Made by a program: the position numbers and the translations under genes | Assembly (NCBI GenBank): GCA_040386355.1 | Contig: JAZKFP010000050.1 | Location: 1 to 58,860, forward strand | Direction: 5' to 3' | From: Pseudomonadota bacterium | GTDB taxonomy: Bacteria > Pseudomonadota > Gammaproteobacteria > Pseudomonadales > UBA6940 | DNA: 58,860 bases | Shown: positions 18,621-27,209 of the stretch, one piece after another | Numbering within the stretch: the stretch's first letter is position 1 | Layout of the letters: each line of letters begins with the position of its first letter | The notes under the pieces: generated by a model | What the model was told of the DNA's origin: nothing | Seen by the model: the letters and a program-made list of their open reading frames with translations, nothing else | Database searches by the model: none

Positions 18621-18992
18621 TTAAATTTTTCCGCAAAACGGAAGCGAACGTGATGACGTTGCATCCAAAAGCAAATGGCTCAAATATCCGGCACCTGCAC
18701 AAAGCGTCAACCCTCTTGCGAACGCCTCCACGCGATCTTGCGGTCGCCATTCATAAGCCTTCTTAAGCCCATACCCAATCAGTCCCAGGACGATCACGCT
18801 GTGACAAAACTGGCGGTGATGGGGATTGTTCAAGGAAGGTTCGAGAACGTCTGGCAACTTACTGAATGCTGTCCCTACTCCCATAGCCAGCAAGAAATCG
18901 TGTTGAAGATTGCCACTTTGATCCGAGTCGCCAATCGCGACCACTAAGCCAGCGAATCCCCCGACGATTGAGTACGTTGAGCAATTTGCCAT
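18621..18992 (-). CDS. small membrane-bound metal-dependent hydrolase-like protein (DUF457/YdjM-like)
   Basis: HHRQFCHSV and GYLSHLLLDATS motifs in a hydrophobic protein. ATG at 18992 has GGAG upstream. The ORF-track start at 19073 overlaps the upstream small gene. Confidence 0.55.
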   Translation of the reverse strand: MANCSTYSIVGGFAGLVVAIGDSDQSGNLQHDFLLAMGVGTAFSKLPDVLEPSLNNPHHRQFCHSVIVLGLIGYGLKKAYEWRPQDRVEAFARGLTLCAGAGYLSHLLLDATSSRSLPFCGKI

Positions 18993-18993
18993 G

Positions 18994-19167
18994 TTATTTC
19001 TCCTTTCTGACCCCTTTGAACGGGGATTTGTCGGTGGTTTTAACGTCCATGAAGCGTCCAGTATCAGTATCACGCTTCACGTAATGCCCTGAAGGGGTTT
19101 GGGTCTGCGAGCGATCTTTGACTGCGCCTTTGCGATGTCCGTCACCAGTTGGAGGATTTTTAGCCAT
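18994..19167 (-). CDS. 57-aa basic hydrophilic protein, first gene of the operon
   Basis: GAAGGAG-N7-ATG. Product is MAKNPPTGDGHRKGAVKDRSQTQTPSGHYVKRDTDTGRFMDVKTTDKSPFKGVRKEK. Its stop lies 1 nt before the next ATG. Below the ORF-track cutoff. Confidence 0.5.
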   Translation of the reverse strand: MAKNPPTGDGHRKGAVKDRSQTQTPSGHYVKRDTDTGRFMDVKTTDKSPFKGVRKEK

Positions 19168-19173
19168 ATAGAA

Positions 19174-19262
19174 CTCCTTCTGTCAACAATGGTTAATATT
19201 GATATTAACAGTCGTTAATAGTATCTTTGGAGTGGAGCTCCTTGTCAACAGGTGTTAATATT
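19174..19262. promoter_or_regulatory. divergent promoter/operator region with two ~25-bp direct repeats and a palindrome
   Basis: CTCCTTCTGTCAACAATGGTTAATATT (19174-19200) and CTCCTTGTCAACAGGTGTTAATATT (19238-19262). GTTAATAT-TG-ATATTAAC palindrome at 19192-19209. Confidence 0.45.
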
Positions 19263-19284
19263 AAAATCAACAGGAGTTAATGCC

Positions 19285-19647
19285 ATGTCAGACAAAATTG
19301 CTCAAGCCCAAACAATTAGTAAAAATATCAAGGAGATGCGTGAAAGTCGGGGCTGGAATCAAGCTCGGCTTGCTCAGGAGGCTGGTATAACCGCTGCCGC
19401 GCTAAGCATGATAGAGAAGGGTGATGGCCGGATGCCCACGATAGTGCTTTTGCGGAAAATCGCATCAGCGCTTAAGGTTCAGCTCAATGAGATTACAGGT
19501 GAAGAGCCCGCAATGGTTTCCGAGACTGAGGAGCGCAGCCGCGAGTTTTACCGCAAATGGGGGGATGTCATTGATGGCTTGCCGCCGGATGATCAGGCGA
19601 GATTGAAAGACATGGCTGAAAGACTGAAAGAGATCACGAAAAAATGA
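19285..19647 (+). CDS. XRE-family HTH transcriptional regulator
   Basis: IKEMRESRGWNQARLAQEAGITAAALSMIEKG is a classic Cro/C1 HTH. AGGAG upstream of the ATG at 19285. ATGA overlap with the next gene. Confidence 0.85.
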   Translation: MSDKIAQAQTISKNIKEMRESRGWNQARLAQEAGITAAALSMIEKGDGRMPTIVLLRKIASALKVQLNEITGEEPAMVSETEERSREFYRKWGDVIDGLPPDDQARLKDMAERLKEITKK

Positions 19648-20459
19648 TAGAAGAACAAAAAGGAGTCGTGGAGGCTGAAACGCTGCTGGAGTCTCTCGGT
19701 TTTGACGTGCTTCCAATCGCTCCCATTGATGTTGCCAATTCTATTAACTGCGATGATTTTCGGCTGGTAATGGAGTACCAGGATTTTCAGTCGGACAAAA
19801 TTCTTGGTAAAGCGGAAGGCAATAGCAAAGGTGCTCTCATTTACGTCAATAAAAACATTCCTGACGTGGGGCGACTCAATTTTACTGCCGCCCATGAAGT
19901 CGGGCACGTCTGCATGCACGTCATACCCCAGCAGAAACTTTCTTTTGAGTGCGGAAAACAAGAGTTGAGCAGCTCCTTCGATGATCCCATAGAAAAGCAG
20001 GCGAATGGATTTGCGTCAGGATTATTGATTCCCAAAAGGCTTATCAAACAGCACTCCGATTGCGATATTAACTGGAAAAATATTCATGTAATTTCCCAGT
20101 TGTGCGGAGCCTCTTTGGAGGCGACCTACAGGCGCCTCAGCTTTTTGGAAAAAACGCCGAGCATGCTTGTCATTCACAAAGACGGCAACTTCAAGCGGTT
20201 TGTCCCTTCACAGAATTTCGGTTTTTATGTGGCTCGAACCCCTCTTTCCATTGAGCAAAAATCATTGGTGGTGGACGTTAGCCAGAACCAATTCCCTGCT
20301 GATTTTGACACCACCGATGCCTCCGACTGGGTCAACACTTATTCTAAAAGCGGAAGCCTCAATACAATTTACACAAGCACGATATTGCTGAAAGACGGCT
20401 TTACCTACACAATTTTATCTTATGACGATAATTGCCTTGCTGAAGATGATGATTACTAG
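19644..20459 (+). CDS. ImmA/IrrE-family metalloendopeptidase
   Basis: FTAAHEVGHVCMH HExxH motif in the typical ImmA context; translationally coupled to the XRE gene. Confidence 0.8.
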   Translation: MIEEQKGVVEAETLLESLGFDVLPIAPIDVANSINCDDFRLVMEYQDFQSDKILGKAEGNSKGALIYVNKNIPDVGRLNFTAAHEVGHVCMHVIPQQKLSFECGKQELSSSFDDPIEKQANGFASGLLIPKRLIKQHSDCDINWKNIHVISQLCGASLEATYRRLSFLEKTPSMLVIHKDGNFKRFVPSQNFGFYVARTPLSIEQKSLVVDVSQNQFPADFDTTDASDWVNTYSKSGSLNTIYTSTILLKDGFTYTILSYDDNCLAEDDDY

Positions 20460-20933
20460 GACAGCGTTATCTTAGAGACTTAGCTATCCAACCAGCAGGC
20501 GGTTGGTTGATGGGTACTCCATAGGGAGATATGACATCCTCCCTTGGCCATGGGGTTCTTAGGGCCAGCACGGCGGCTCTACCTAAGTGGCGATTGAACG
20601 GGCATGCGTTCATGGAAGGTTCGGGTGCAGGAGGAGAAGGCAACTCTCCTAATCCTGCGAGTGATGAAAATGGCGATACGTTTTTATGGCGGCGAAGCGC
20701 CACTGCGTGGGGATGCAACGGGGATGCAATATCCTCTTGCCATGATGGTGCTGTAAATGTATACAGCACACATCTTGCTATCCGAAAGAAAAAGGGTTTG
20801 TACAGGTGATGAGGTTAAAACGGGTCGGTGCAATGATCCGGTTATGCATCGCCACTGCCCTTCATTTAAATATAGAATTTAATTTTCGTAATATTATCGT
20901 GCAACTGAATTTTCAACACATGCTCTCTATGAT

Positions 20934-21131
20934 TTATTTAATGTGATTTTCTAAAGATGGACGCAGCCTCTTGTGCGCGTCTGCTGTTTGCTTCATCCGC
21001 TGCTTTAAATATATTATTTCTGATTGTGTTAAGGGTTGATTAATGAGCAATAGCTTTTGCTTCAATCGCTGTGATGCATCTTGATCCATAGTCGAAGTTG
21101 TCTTATCAAAATCAGGTAAATCTTTTTTCAT
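20934..21131 (-). CDS. hypothetical small protein
   Basis: 65-codon ORF only; no motif. Confidence 0.3.
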   Translation of the reverse strand: MKKDLPDFDKTTSTMDQDASQRLKQKLLLINQPLTQSEIIYLKQRMKQTADAHKRLRPSLENHIK

Positions 21132-21195
21132 ATTTTGACGTTAACATATGATGAGCGGATTTTTATAAAAAATCTTTTGCGATTTATGTTTTTAA

Positions 21196-21516
21196 ATGAT
21201 GAGCTTCCCTGAAAGCGTTAAAACGATGAAGCGGCTTAAATTAACTGAAGAAATGCGTAAAGTCATTTAGCGGTGTGTTTGGTTTGAACAGCCTGAACAA
21301 GTGGTGGAAGATACTCCGCGCCTGGTGGCATACATATTAACCCATGGAATGCCGGAAGATACGCATACCCTTTTGCAACAATTATCCGAAGATGAACTAA
21401 AACAAGCATTAGATACTGCGCCGCCTGGGATTTATGATCCGCGCTCCTGGGCTTATTGGAATTTGATGGTTGGCCGCTTTGATACCCCTGTCCTTCCCAC
21501 GCGATCTTTTGAGTAA
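21196..21516 (+). pseudogene. small conserved hypothetical gene with an in-frame TAG
   Basis: MMSFPESVKTMKRLKLTEEMRKVI, then TAG (21268-21270), then RCVWFEQPEQVVEDTPRLVAYILTHG...PPGIYDPRSWAYWNL, all in one frame. Confidence 0.45.
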
Positions 21517-21654
21517 TAAAAAGATTATAAAAAAAGCGCTCTCATTTTTCAAAATAAAAGCGCCTCAATAAAATATTACGATGAATGAGTTTATAGGCTT
21601 AGGCTGAAAGTTATGAAAATAATAGATTACCCCAAGATCTTTTAAAATTACAGA

Positions 21655-23322
21655 TTAAAGACGCAGTTTTGTTTTTCCCTTATAAGCTTTGCCATAGAGT
21701 GGGTTCACTTCAAGCTGCTTTTTCCATGGTGAAATTTCGTGATAACTGATTTTATCCAGCAAGACAGGTCGTAAGCCACCGGAAAATAGAATGATTTTAT
21801 CTGTCCGGCGCACTTCATCCGGTGTCATCAGTTTTCGTGGAGTTTCATGCACTGAAGTTGAGACCGGATTAAAAAAATATTCGCCTATATTATAGTTTTT
21901 TGATTTGATGGATTGGTCACCCAACATATTTGAAATTAATTGGCAGGTTTTAAACGATCTTATATTCATGATGATTTTTACTTCTGTTTGAGAAAGCAAT
22001 GTTTCTAAACTTTCTCTTCCGTAAACATAAGCCCATTGCTCAAGCTCCTGAATTATGAGCCACATAGTAATCTGGTATTCTCTTGCCAAAGTTAACATCG
22101 ATGGCAAATTATCAACTTTAAAATTGGTAATTTCATCGCATAAAAAACATACGCGATTGGGGCCGGTAGTACGCATTAATTCTCTCAATGCACACCAGGA
22201 TAAAACCGCTAGCCATGGCGCATAGACGCTCATGCGAGTTGGATCAGCAATAAGATAAATAGTGATTTTTTTGTGTTTCATATCCGAAAAACGAAAATCA
22301 CATACGGACGTACATTCTGCAAGAACACCGCTTGCAGAAAACACTTCTACGGATTGCACCGCGCCCTCTCGAAAACTCTCAACTTGTTTAGGATCGCCAT
22401 TTTCGATTTTGCCGATCATATCGCGGGCCAGCCTGGCAAGATCACCATGTAAATGGGTGGATTGCACAGCCTCACGCAAGGCGGCATGTAATCTTTCGCT
22501 ATCACTTAGCAGTGATAAGGCGTTCGATAAGGTAGCGTTGCCTTCCATCGTCATCAAATATACAAATGCAAAAATCAAGAATTTTCGCGCACCATTTCGC
22601 CAATATTGGTTTTCACCTTGTGTTTTTGGGTCCTGACAAAACTGCTTTGCCAAACCTTCGGCCTCAGATAAAACTTGATTATGTAATTTTGGATCAACCC
22701 AAGTATCAATTAGAATTTGCAGCGGGTTGTATCGTGCGCCAACACCTAAAATATGCGCATTAATACCTGCTGGATTAACGAAAAGCGTTTCATGCTGAAA
22801 TTTTTTGCGGCGATATTTACCGGTCATGACAGCTAAAGTACCTTTTAAATCCGGCACCAACATACTTGTGGAGTTATGACATAAGGTTGGAATAACAAAA
22901 CCAGTGGTTTTTCCTCCACCAGCCGGACTAAGCACTAATCCAGAGGATTCAATATCTACAAAGACGGGTTTGTTGTTATGTAACCCCGCTAAAAATCCGC
23001 GTGGTTTTTTTCGAGCTCCAGAGAGCAATCCAAAAGTTTTAAATAATCCTGCTTGCTGTATTTCTTTAGGTGAAGCCCAACCGGCAGTTCCGGCTTTGCC
23101 GGTGGTTTTCATAGCTTTAATATAAAAAAATATTCGGGGAATGGATCTTAAAATTAAAGCGCCGAGATGGGCAAATAATAATCCGGCAGAAAACATGAAC
23201 ATCAGCGGCATTAATGCCCATTCGGTTTCGAGTAAATCAAATGTTTTCCATGCAAACCAGGAAAATAATACACCTAAAATCAACATGCCGGTGGGATGTT
23301 CACCTTGTCGATGATATCGCAT
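21655..23322 (-). CDS. type IV secretion coupling protein (VirD4/TraG/TraD family)
   Basis: Two N-terminal TM helices, Walker A SPAGGGKTTGFVIPT, and overall T4CP length and pattern. Confidence 0.85.
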   Translation of the reverse strand: MRYHRQGEHPTGMLILGVLFSWFAWKTFDLLETEWALMPLMFMFSAGLLFAHLGALILRSIPRIFFYIKAMKTTGKAGTAGWASPKEIQQAGLFKTFGLLSGARKKPRGFLAGLHNNKPVFVDIESSGLVLSPAGGGKTTGFVIPTLCHNSTSMLVPDLKGTLAVMTGKYRRKKFQHETLFVNPAGINAHILGVGARYNPLQILIDTWVDPKLHNQVLSEAEGLAKQFCQDPKTQGENQYWRNGARKFLIFAFVYLMTMEGNATLSNALSLLSDSERLHAALREAVQSTHLHGDLARLARDMIGKIENGDPKQVESFREGAVQSVEVFSASGVLAECTSVCDFRFSDMKHKKITIYLIADPTRMSVYAPWLAVLSWCALRELMRTTGPNRVCFLCDEITNFKVDNLPSMLTLAREYQITMWLIIQELEQWAYVYGRESLETLLSQTEVKIIMNIRSFKTCQLISNMLGDQSIKSKNYNIGEYFFNPVSTSVHETPRKLMTPDEVRRTDKIILFSGGLRPVLLDKISYHEISPWKKQLEVNPLYGKAYKGKTKLRL

Positions 23323-23415
23323 TGTGATGTCCTTAAAAATAAGTCTTTCCGATTATTAATGTAAATAATCGGAAAGATATGGATGGGATGGCACTTGCAA
23401 GAAAGGCTTTTAAAT

Positions 23416-24708
23416 TTATTTAATTTTCAAAAGCTGCATTGGATTTATAACGAGATTATTTGCATTAACGGACTGTGCGGATTGAAGCGCTTGGATCATA
23501 TTTTCTCCCTTATTTCCCGTTTCATTTTTTATGTGAAATTTTTTGGCAAAAGTTTCACCATTAACCGATAAACGAAGTTCCCCTTTCACTCCGCCAATTT
23601 TTATGCCGTCAAAAAAGTTAATTGCAATTATAAGTTTTTCTAAATCAATTTCTGAATGAAACTCAATAATTTCATACCCATTCAAAGCAGTATTAGAACT
23701 TCTATAATCTTTCCAATACGACCCTTCAGGTGAAGATGAATTTGCATAAAATAAAGGCTTAGCACCAGGAAAAGGCAATGCGTATAAATCTAAATCACAA
23801 GTTGCGCAGTCCCAGGACAAAGAAATTTCAACATCCCTGCCCTGCCGTATTTCGAAAGTCGACAATATTTTTTCTGATAGCTTTCGATCAAAAATTGACT
23901 GCTCTCTACGCTGTGTATGCAGACGGATCATTTCTAATTTTCCAGGCTGAGCATTTCCAAAATTATGCTGGGAAATTTTTATGTCTTTTCCCAGTGTTTT
24001 TTGAACACGCTGTAGAATAATTTCCGGATTGTTGGCAAAACTCAACAAACTCCCACCTTGACGCTCAATGAAAAGTGTCCAAAAGCGTTTTATAAAATAG
24101 ATATTTTGATCGTTTAAATTTTGAGAATTGGTGTAAGCAAAATGCACACGCATATTTGCTAACAGTTCAGGTGTATCAACTGTTCCAAAAGGTGTAATCG
24201 CCGTGGATTCCAATAAATGCGCATCAGAAGGAATGCTTGGGGCCGCCATACTAAAAGCCGGTTCTCGCGCGTCGTCATATAAAGGGGAACCGATCATTAA
24301 AATATCTAATGGTTCAAGTGGCGCATAATTTTCGGCTATATAGCGAAGCACTTGCGGGATACGCAGAGCTTCTTTTATTACAGGCTCCGCAGGCTGATTT
24401 TTAGTGAATTTCAGAAGCTTTGAAACCGTTTTACGGTTCACACCCATTCGCGCTTTAGGAGAGTTATAGGCTGAATCAATTGGTATTTTGAAATCACCAA
24501 TGTTTTCCAAGCTATAACCATTGATTAAAATTACATTGTCTCCAGGCTCAAGCGTGGTTAAAAAATTAATCACATTTGAAATCGTTTTTTTTGAATTGGC
24601 TTCGTCCATGTGCGGTGACAATACAATGACCAGGTCACGGGCTTGCACAACTGAACTCATTAAAAGAGTAATTATAAAGAATCCAACGCATAAATAAGGG
24701 TATCGCAT
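23416..24708 (-). CDS. secreted hypothetical protein
   Basis: 430-codon ORF with signal peptide MRYPYLCVGFFIITLLMSSVVQA, directly upstream of the T4CP gene on the same strand. Confidence 0.6.
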   Translation of the reverse strand: MRYPYLCVGFFIITLLMSSVVQARDLVIVLSPHMDEANSKKTISNVINFLTTLEPGDNVILINGYSLENIGDFKIPIDSAYNSPKARMGVNRKTVSKLLKFTKNQPAEPVIKEALRIPQVLRYIAENYAPLEPLDILMIGSPLYDDAREPAFSMAAPSIPSDAHLLESTAITPFGTVDTPELLANMRVHFAYTNSQNLNDQNIYFIKRFWTLFIERQGGSLLSFANNPEIILQRVQKTLGKDIKISQHNFGNAQPGKLEMIRLHTQRREQSIFDRKLSEKILSTFEIRQGRDVEISLSWDCATCDLDLYALPFPGAKPLFYANSSSPEGSYWKDYRSSNTALNGYEIIEFHSEIDLEKLIIAINFFDGIKIGGVKGELRLSVNGETFAKKFHIKNETGNKGENMIQALQSAQSVNANNLVINPMQLLKIK

Positions 24709-24752
24709 GGCATTGCTCCTGATAAAATGAATTTTAAATATGAAAATTAGAT

Positions 24753-25754
24753 TTATTGATAGAAATTGTTGACGGCACTAAATTTGGCACGTTGGCTGTT
24801 ATATTCCGCAACTTGCGAATTGATAAATGCCTGCCTGTTTGCGATGAATTGATTTAAATGTTGTCTTTTTTCGGCACATTCTTCAGTTAATGCTTTGTGT
24901 TCTGCGCAATGAATTTTCCAAGCAGCATCAAGCTCGACATATTCAAGATTATCGCAATAATAATCTGGAGAATATTTATTAAAAATATCTTCTAAAGCGA
25001 GAAATAAACTTGCTGATACTAAAATTTCAGAAAGCAGTTGAATCCAAACAAAACACGATCCTTTCCATTGAAAACCCTCCATTTCTTCGGCATTAAAACT
25101 GCTAGATACTCCGTTAAAATTTAATGAAAAAAATACGGTCCAGACAAGCAGCGTTATGCCGGTTAAAATATAAATACATAATCCATATTTTCTCTGGTTT
25201 TTATAAAAATCAATGAAGTTAGAAACAAATTTCAAAGAACAGCTGGCGGCTGGAACAAGCAGTGATAAACACAAGGCTAAGTGAGGTTTTTCAATAAAAA
25301 TTGTAATGCCTGATTCAACAAGATTTGAGTAAACATTTGCCGTACCCATAACCATTGAAATTAACAAAAAGATTGCTGTTAATATAAAATATGCTTGGTC
25401 TCTTTTATTCCAATTGTTAAAACGGATCGGATTTTTATTATTGTCATTCGAACCAGTGCTTACATACGCAGATTTAACGTGGCGTTTGGTAGAGCGTTTT
25501 CGAAGCGATAATTCAGCAAGCGTCACAGCAGATTCTTCACACCGCGCATCAAGCTGTTTTAATTCCATAGAAAGTGTTGTTTGATCTCCATAATAACCAT
25601 CATAAATTGCGCCAGCTTGCTCAGGGATCATGTGTTCAGCATTTTGAATATTTGAACTTTGTCTAACTTTTTTAATGAAGTCTGCCATTGAGCAGGCCAT
25701 TAAAGAATTTTCAATAATTTCTTTTTTTTCAGGGAGAGTGCGAGGCGAAATCAT
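24753..25754 (-). CDS. polytopic membrane protein with a coiled-coil C-terminus
   Basis: 333-codon ORF with at least four hydrophobic helices in the central part. Confidence 0.6.
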   Translation of the reverse strand: MISPRTLPEKKEIIENSLMACSMADFIKKVRQSSNIQNAEHMIPEQAGAIYDGYYGDQTTLSMELKQLDARCEESAVTLAELSLRKRSTKRHVKSAYVSTGSNDNNKNPIRFNNWNKRDQAYFILTAIFLLISMVMGTANVYSNLVESGITIFIEKPHLALCLSLLVPAASCSLKFVSNFIDFYKNQRKYGLCIYILTGITLLVWTVFFSLNFNGVSSSFNAEEMEGFQWKGSCFVWIQLLSEILVSASLFLALEDIFNKYSPDYYCDNLEYVELDAAWKIHCAEHKALTEECAEKRQHLNQFIANRQAFINSQVAEYNSQRAKFSAVNNFYQ

Positions 25755-25888
25755 GTTCTATCTCCAATATATGCTTTTGGTTAACTAGCAACGATACTGT
25801 GACCGTAATGCACTAGAAATTTGGGAAATAGAAATATGATTAAAAATCAAAAAAAAGCACCGCTGTTTTATGGCGGTGCTAATTTTAT

Positions 25889-26437
25889 TTAAAATTTAAT
25901 ATAGTGTTTTGCAACGTGAGGAAATTCGATTTCAACAAATAAAGTTAAAATCCTGAGCCTTTCAACTTTTCGGGAAATACGCTTTGGAAAAAATCCTGTT
26001 TTATCGGCCTCTATATAATGTGATACAGAGCGCATATCGGGATCATTTCCAAACGCCTCATCTAAATCTGGCAATTCATAAATACTTTCATTCGCATTTA
26101 TGAATTTACGTCCTTTCGAAAAGACAATTGAAAGTAAATCTAACAATTTTCTTCTTGAAACATTTTTTTTCATTTTATCTTTAGAGACTTTATCTTTAGA
26201 GGATTTATCTTTAGAGGATTTATCTTTAGAAGCTTTATCTTTAGAAGCTTTATCTTTAGAAGCTTTATCTTTAGAAGCTTTATCTTTGGAAGTTTTATCT
26301 TTGGAAGTTTTATCTTTGGAAGCTTTATCTTTGGAATGATCTTTTAAGCTCTTAATGACCATCCAAGTTATCCAATAATTTAGGGGGTGGTATAGCTCTG
26401 CCTTACTTGCAACACGAATTGTTTTTTTAAATTTCAT
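25889..26437 (-). CDS. hypothetical protein with an (S-K-D-K-x)11 pentapeptide repeat
   Basis: ATG at 26437 with AGGA upstream. Eleven in-frame 15-bp repeats encode SKDKA/T/S/V units. Confidence 0.55.
   Translation of the reverse strand: MKFKKTIRVASKAELYHPLNYWITWMVIKSLKDHSKDKASKDKTSKDKTSKDKASKDKASKDKASKDKASKDKSSKDKSSKDKVSKDKMKKNVSRRKLLDLLSIVFSKGRKFINANESIYELPDLDEAFGNDPDMRSVSHYIEADKTGFFPKRISRKVERLRILTLFVEIEFPHVAKHYIKF
26174..26338. repeat. 11 tandem copies of a 15-bp unit (tttatctttagaagc and variants)
   Basis: Counted directly: units start every 15 bp from 26174 to 26324. Variants are grouped in runs (gagga x2, gaagc x4, ggaagt x2). Confidence 0.9.
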
Positions 26438-26606
26438 GGGGATTTCCTTCAAGTGAAGAAATTGAATCCCCTTGGCCAAGGGTTTTTTTATAGGCTGCGC
26501 AGCCGGCTTAAACTTAATCAGCTATTGCGCTAATAGATATATAAGATTTAGAATCTTGTTAATATTATTAAATCGTAGTTAATAAAAAATCAAAAGAGAG
26601 ATTATT

Positions 26607-27209
26607 ATGCCAAATCAATATTGCAGAGGCTCACATCTTTCATCATGGCAATTTGAACACTTTGTGAGGATTTATATTGAAGAAGTTTGCATGTGCCTGA
26701 CAAATAACAATAAAAGAAAATATTATTTGAATAAGTTAGAAAGTTTGGGAGTCAAAATGGTGCGGCAGACTTTTGCAAAATATCATAACGATATTGGCGA
26801 TTGGTTATGGGAAAATTACATATTCCATCCCATTGTTGAAAAAGTAGACAACAAAGAAATTATTAATGAACTTTGCCAGCTAATATTTGGCCATGTTAAA
26901 TATTCAAATATGAAATTCCGTAAGGAAATTGAGTTCTATACTGGTGGCAATTTCTTCATACACAATTCTTATGAGTATCATGTTTTAGATAGGCGTTCCG
27001 ATCGTGCCTACGGTTTAAAGTTAGAAAATTTTTATCGTGAATTTAGCAGAGCTCGCTGGATCGGGGCCTTTATTAGAGAAGAAGGACTTAAACATCTTTC
27101 AGACTTTGAAAATTTATCTCAACTTTCGAAAGTTTTAAACAAAGCAGTTGATACCTTACTAATGAATCTTATAAAAAATCCTTTGTTAATCAAAAATGGG
27201 AAGACCTAA
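26607..27209 (+). CDS. hypothetical protein
   Basis: 200-codon ORF with AGAGAG upstream. A distant resemblance of the N-terminus to the HTH part of ISXO2-like transposases is too weak to call. Confidence 0.45.
   Translation: MPNQYCRGSHLSSWQFEHFVRIYIEEVCMCLTNNNKRKYYLNKLESLGVKMVRQTFAKYHNDIGDWLWENYIFHPIVEKVDNKEIINELCQLIFGHVKYSNMKFRKEIEFYTGGNFFIHNSYEYHVLDRRSDRAYGLKLENFYREFSRARWIGAFIREEGLKHLSDFENLSQLSKVLNKAVDTLLMNLIKNPLLIKNGKT

Noticed and set aside
14999-18766. Many 60-170-codon ORFs embedded in or antisense to the E2-E1-JAB, MBL and membrane-protein genes (for example 15429..15686, 16723..17118, 17006..17281, 18257..18766)
   Set aside because: They overlap much longer ORFs that carry clear domain motifs. 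They lie in the locally GC-richer block, where antisense open frames are expected, and they have no RBS or motifs.
20690-20720. A GCCACTG string resembling the B12-box of cobalamin riboswitches
   Set aside because: The other conserved cobalamin-riboswitch elements are absent around it, and there is no downstream transport or biosynthesis gene.
20467-20809. Two mutually overlapping ~100-codon ORFs on opposite strands
   Set aside because: Their amino-acid composition is poor, they have no RBS, and open frames of this length are expected by chance in a locally GC-rich segment. The region is reported instead as unassigned, possibly RNA.
13400-21200. Search for a separate ubiquitin-like (beta-grasp, C-terminal GG) gene near the E2-E1-JAB operon
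   Set aside because: No ORF of 70-120 codons ending in Gly-Gly or showing a Ubl-like pattern was found on either strand. The 57-aa first gene ends in KEK and looks disordered. The absence is reported as part of the finding.
26100-26339. 79-codon plus-strand ORF (LSLEALSLEA... repeats) and the idea that the 15-bp repeats are a CRISPR array
   Set aside because: It is the antisense reading of the SKDK repeat gene. The repeats are contiguous 15-mers without spacers, so this is not a CRISPR array.
26607-27209. The 200-aa protein as a degenerate ISXO2/IS1595-type transposase
   Set aside because: Only a vague resemblance exists in the N-terminal HTH-like region. No DDE motif or terminal inverted repeats were seen.
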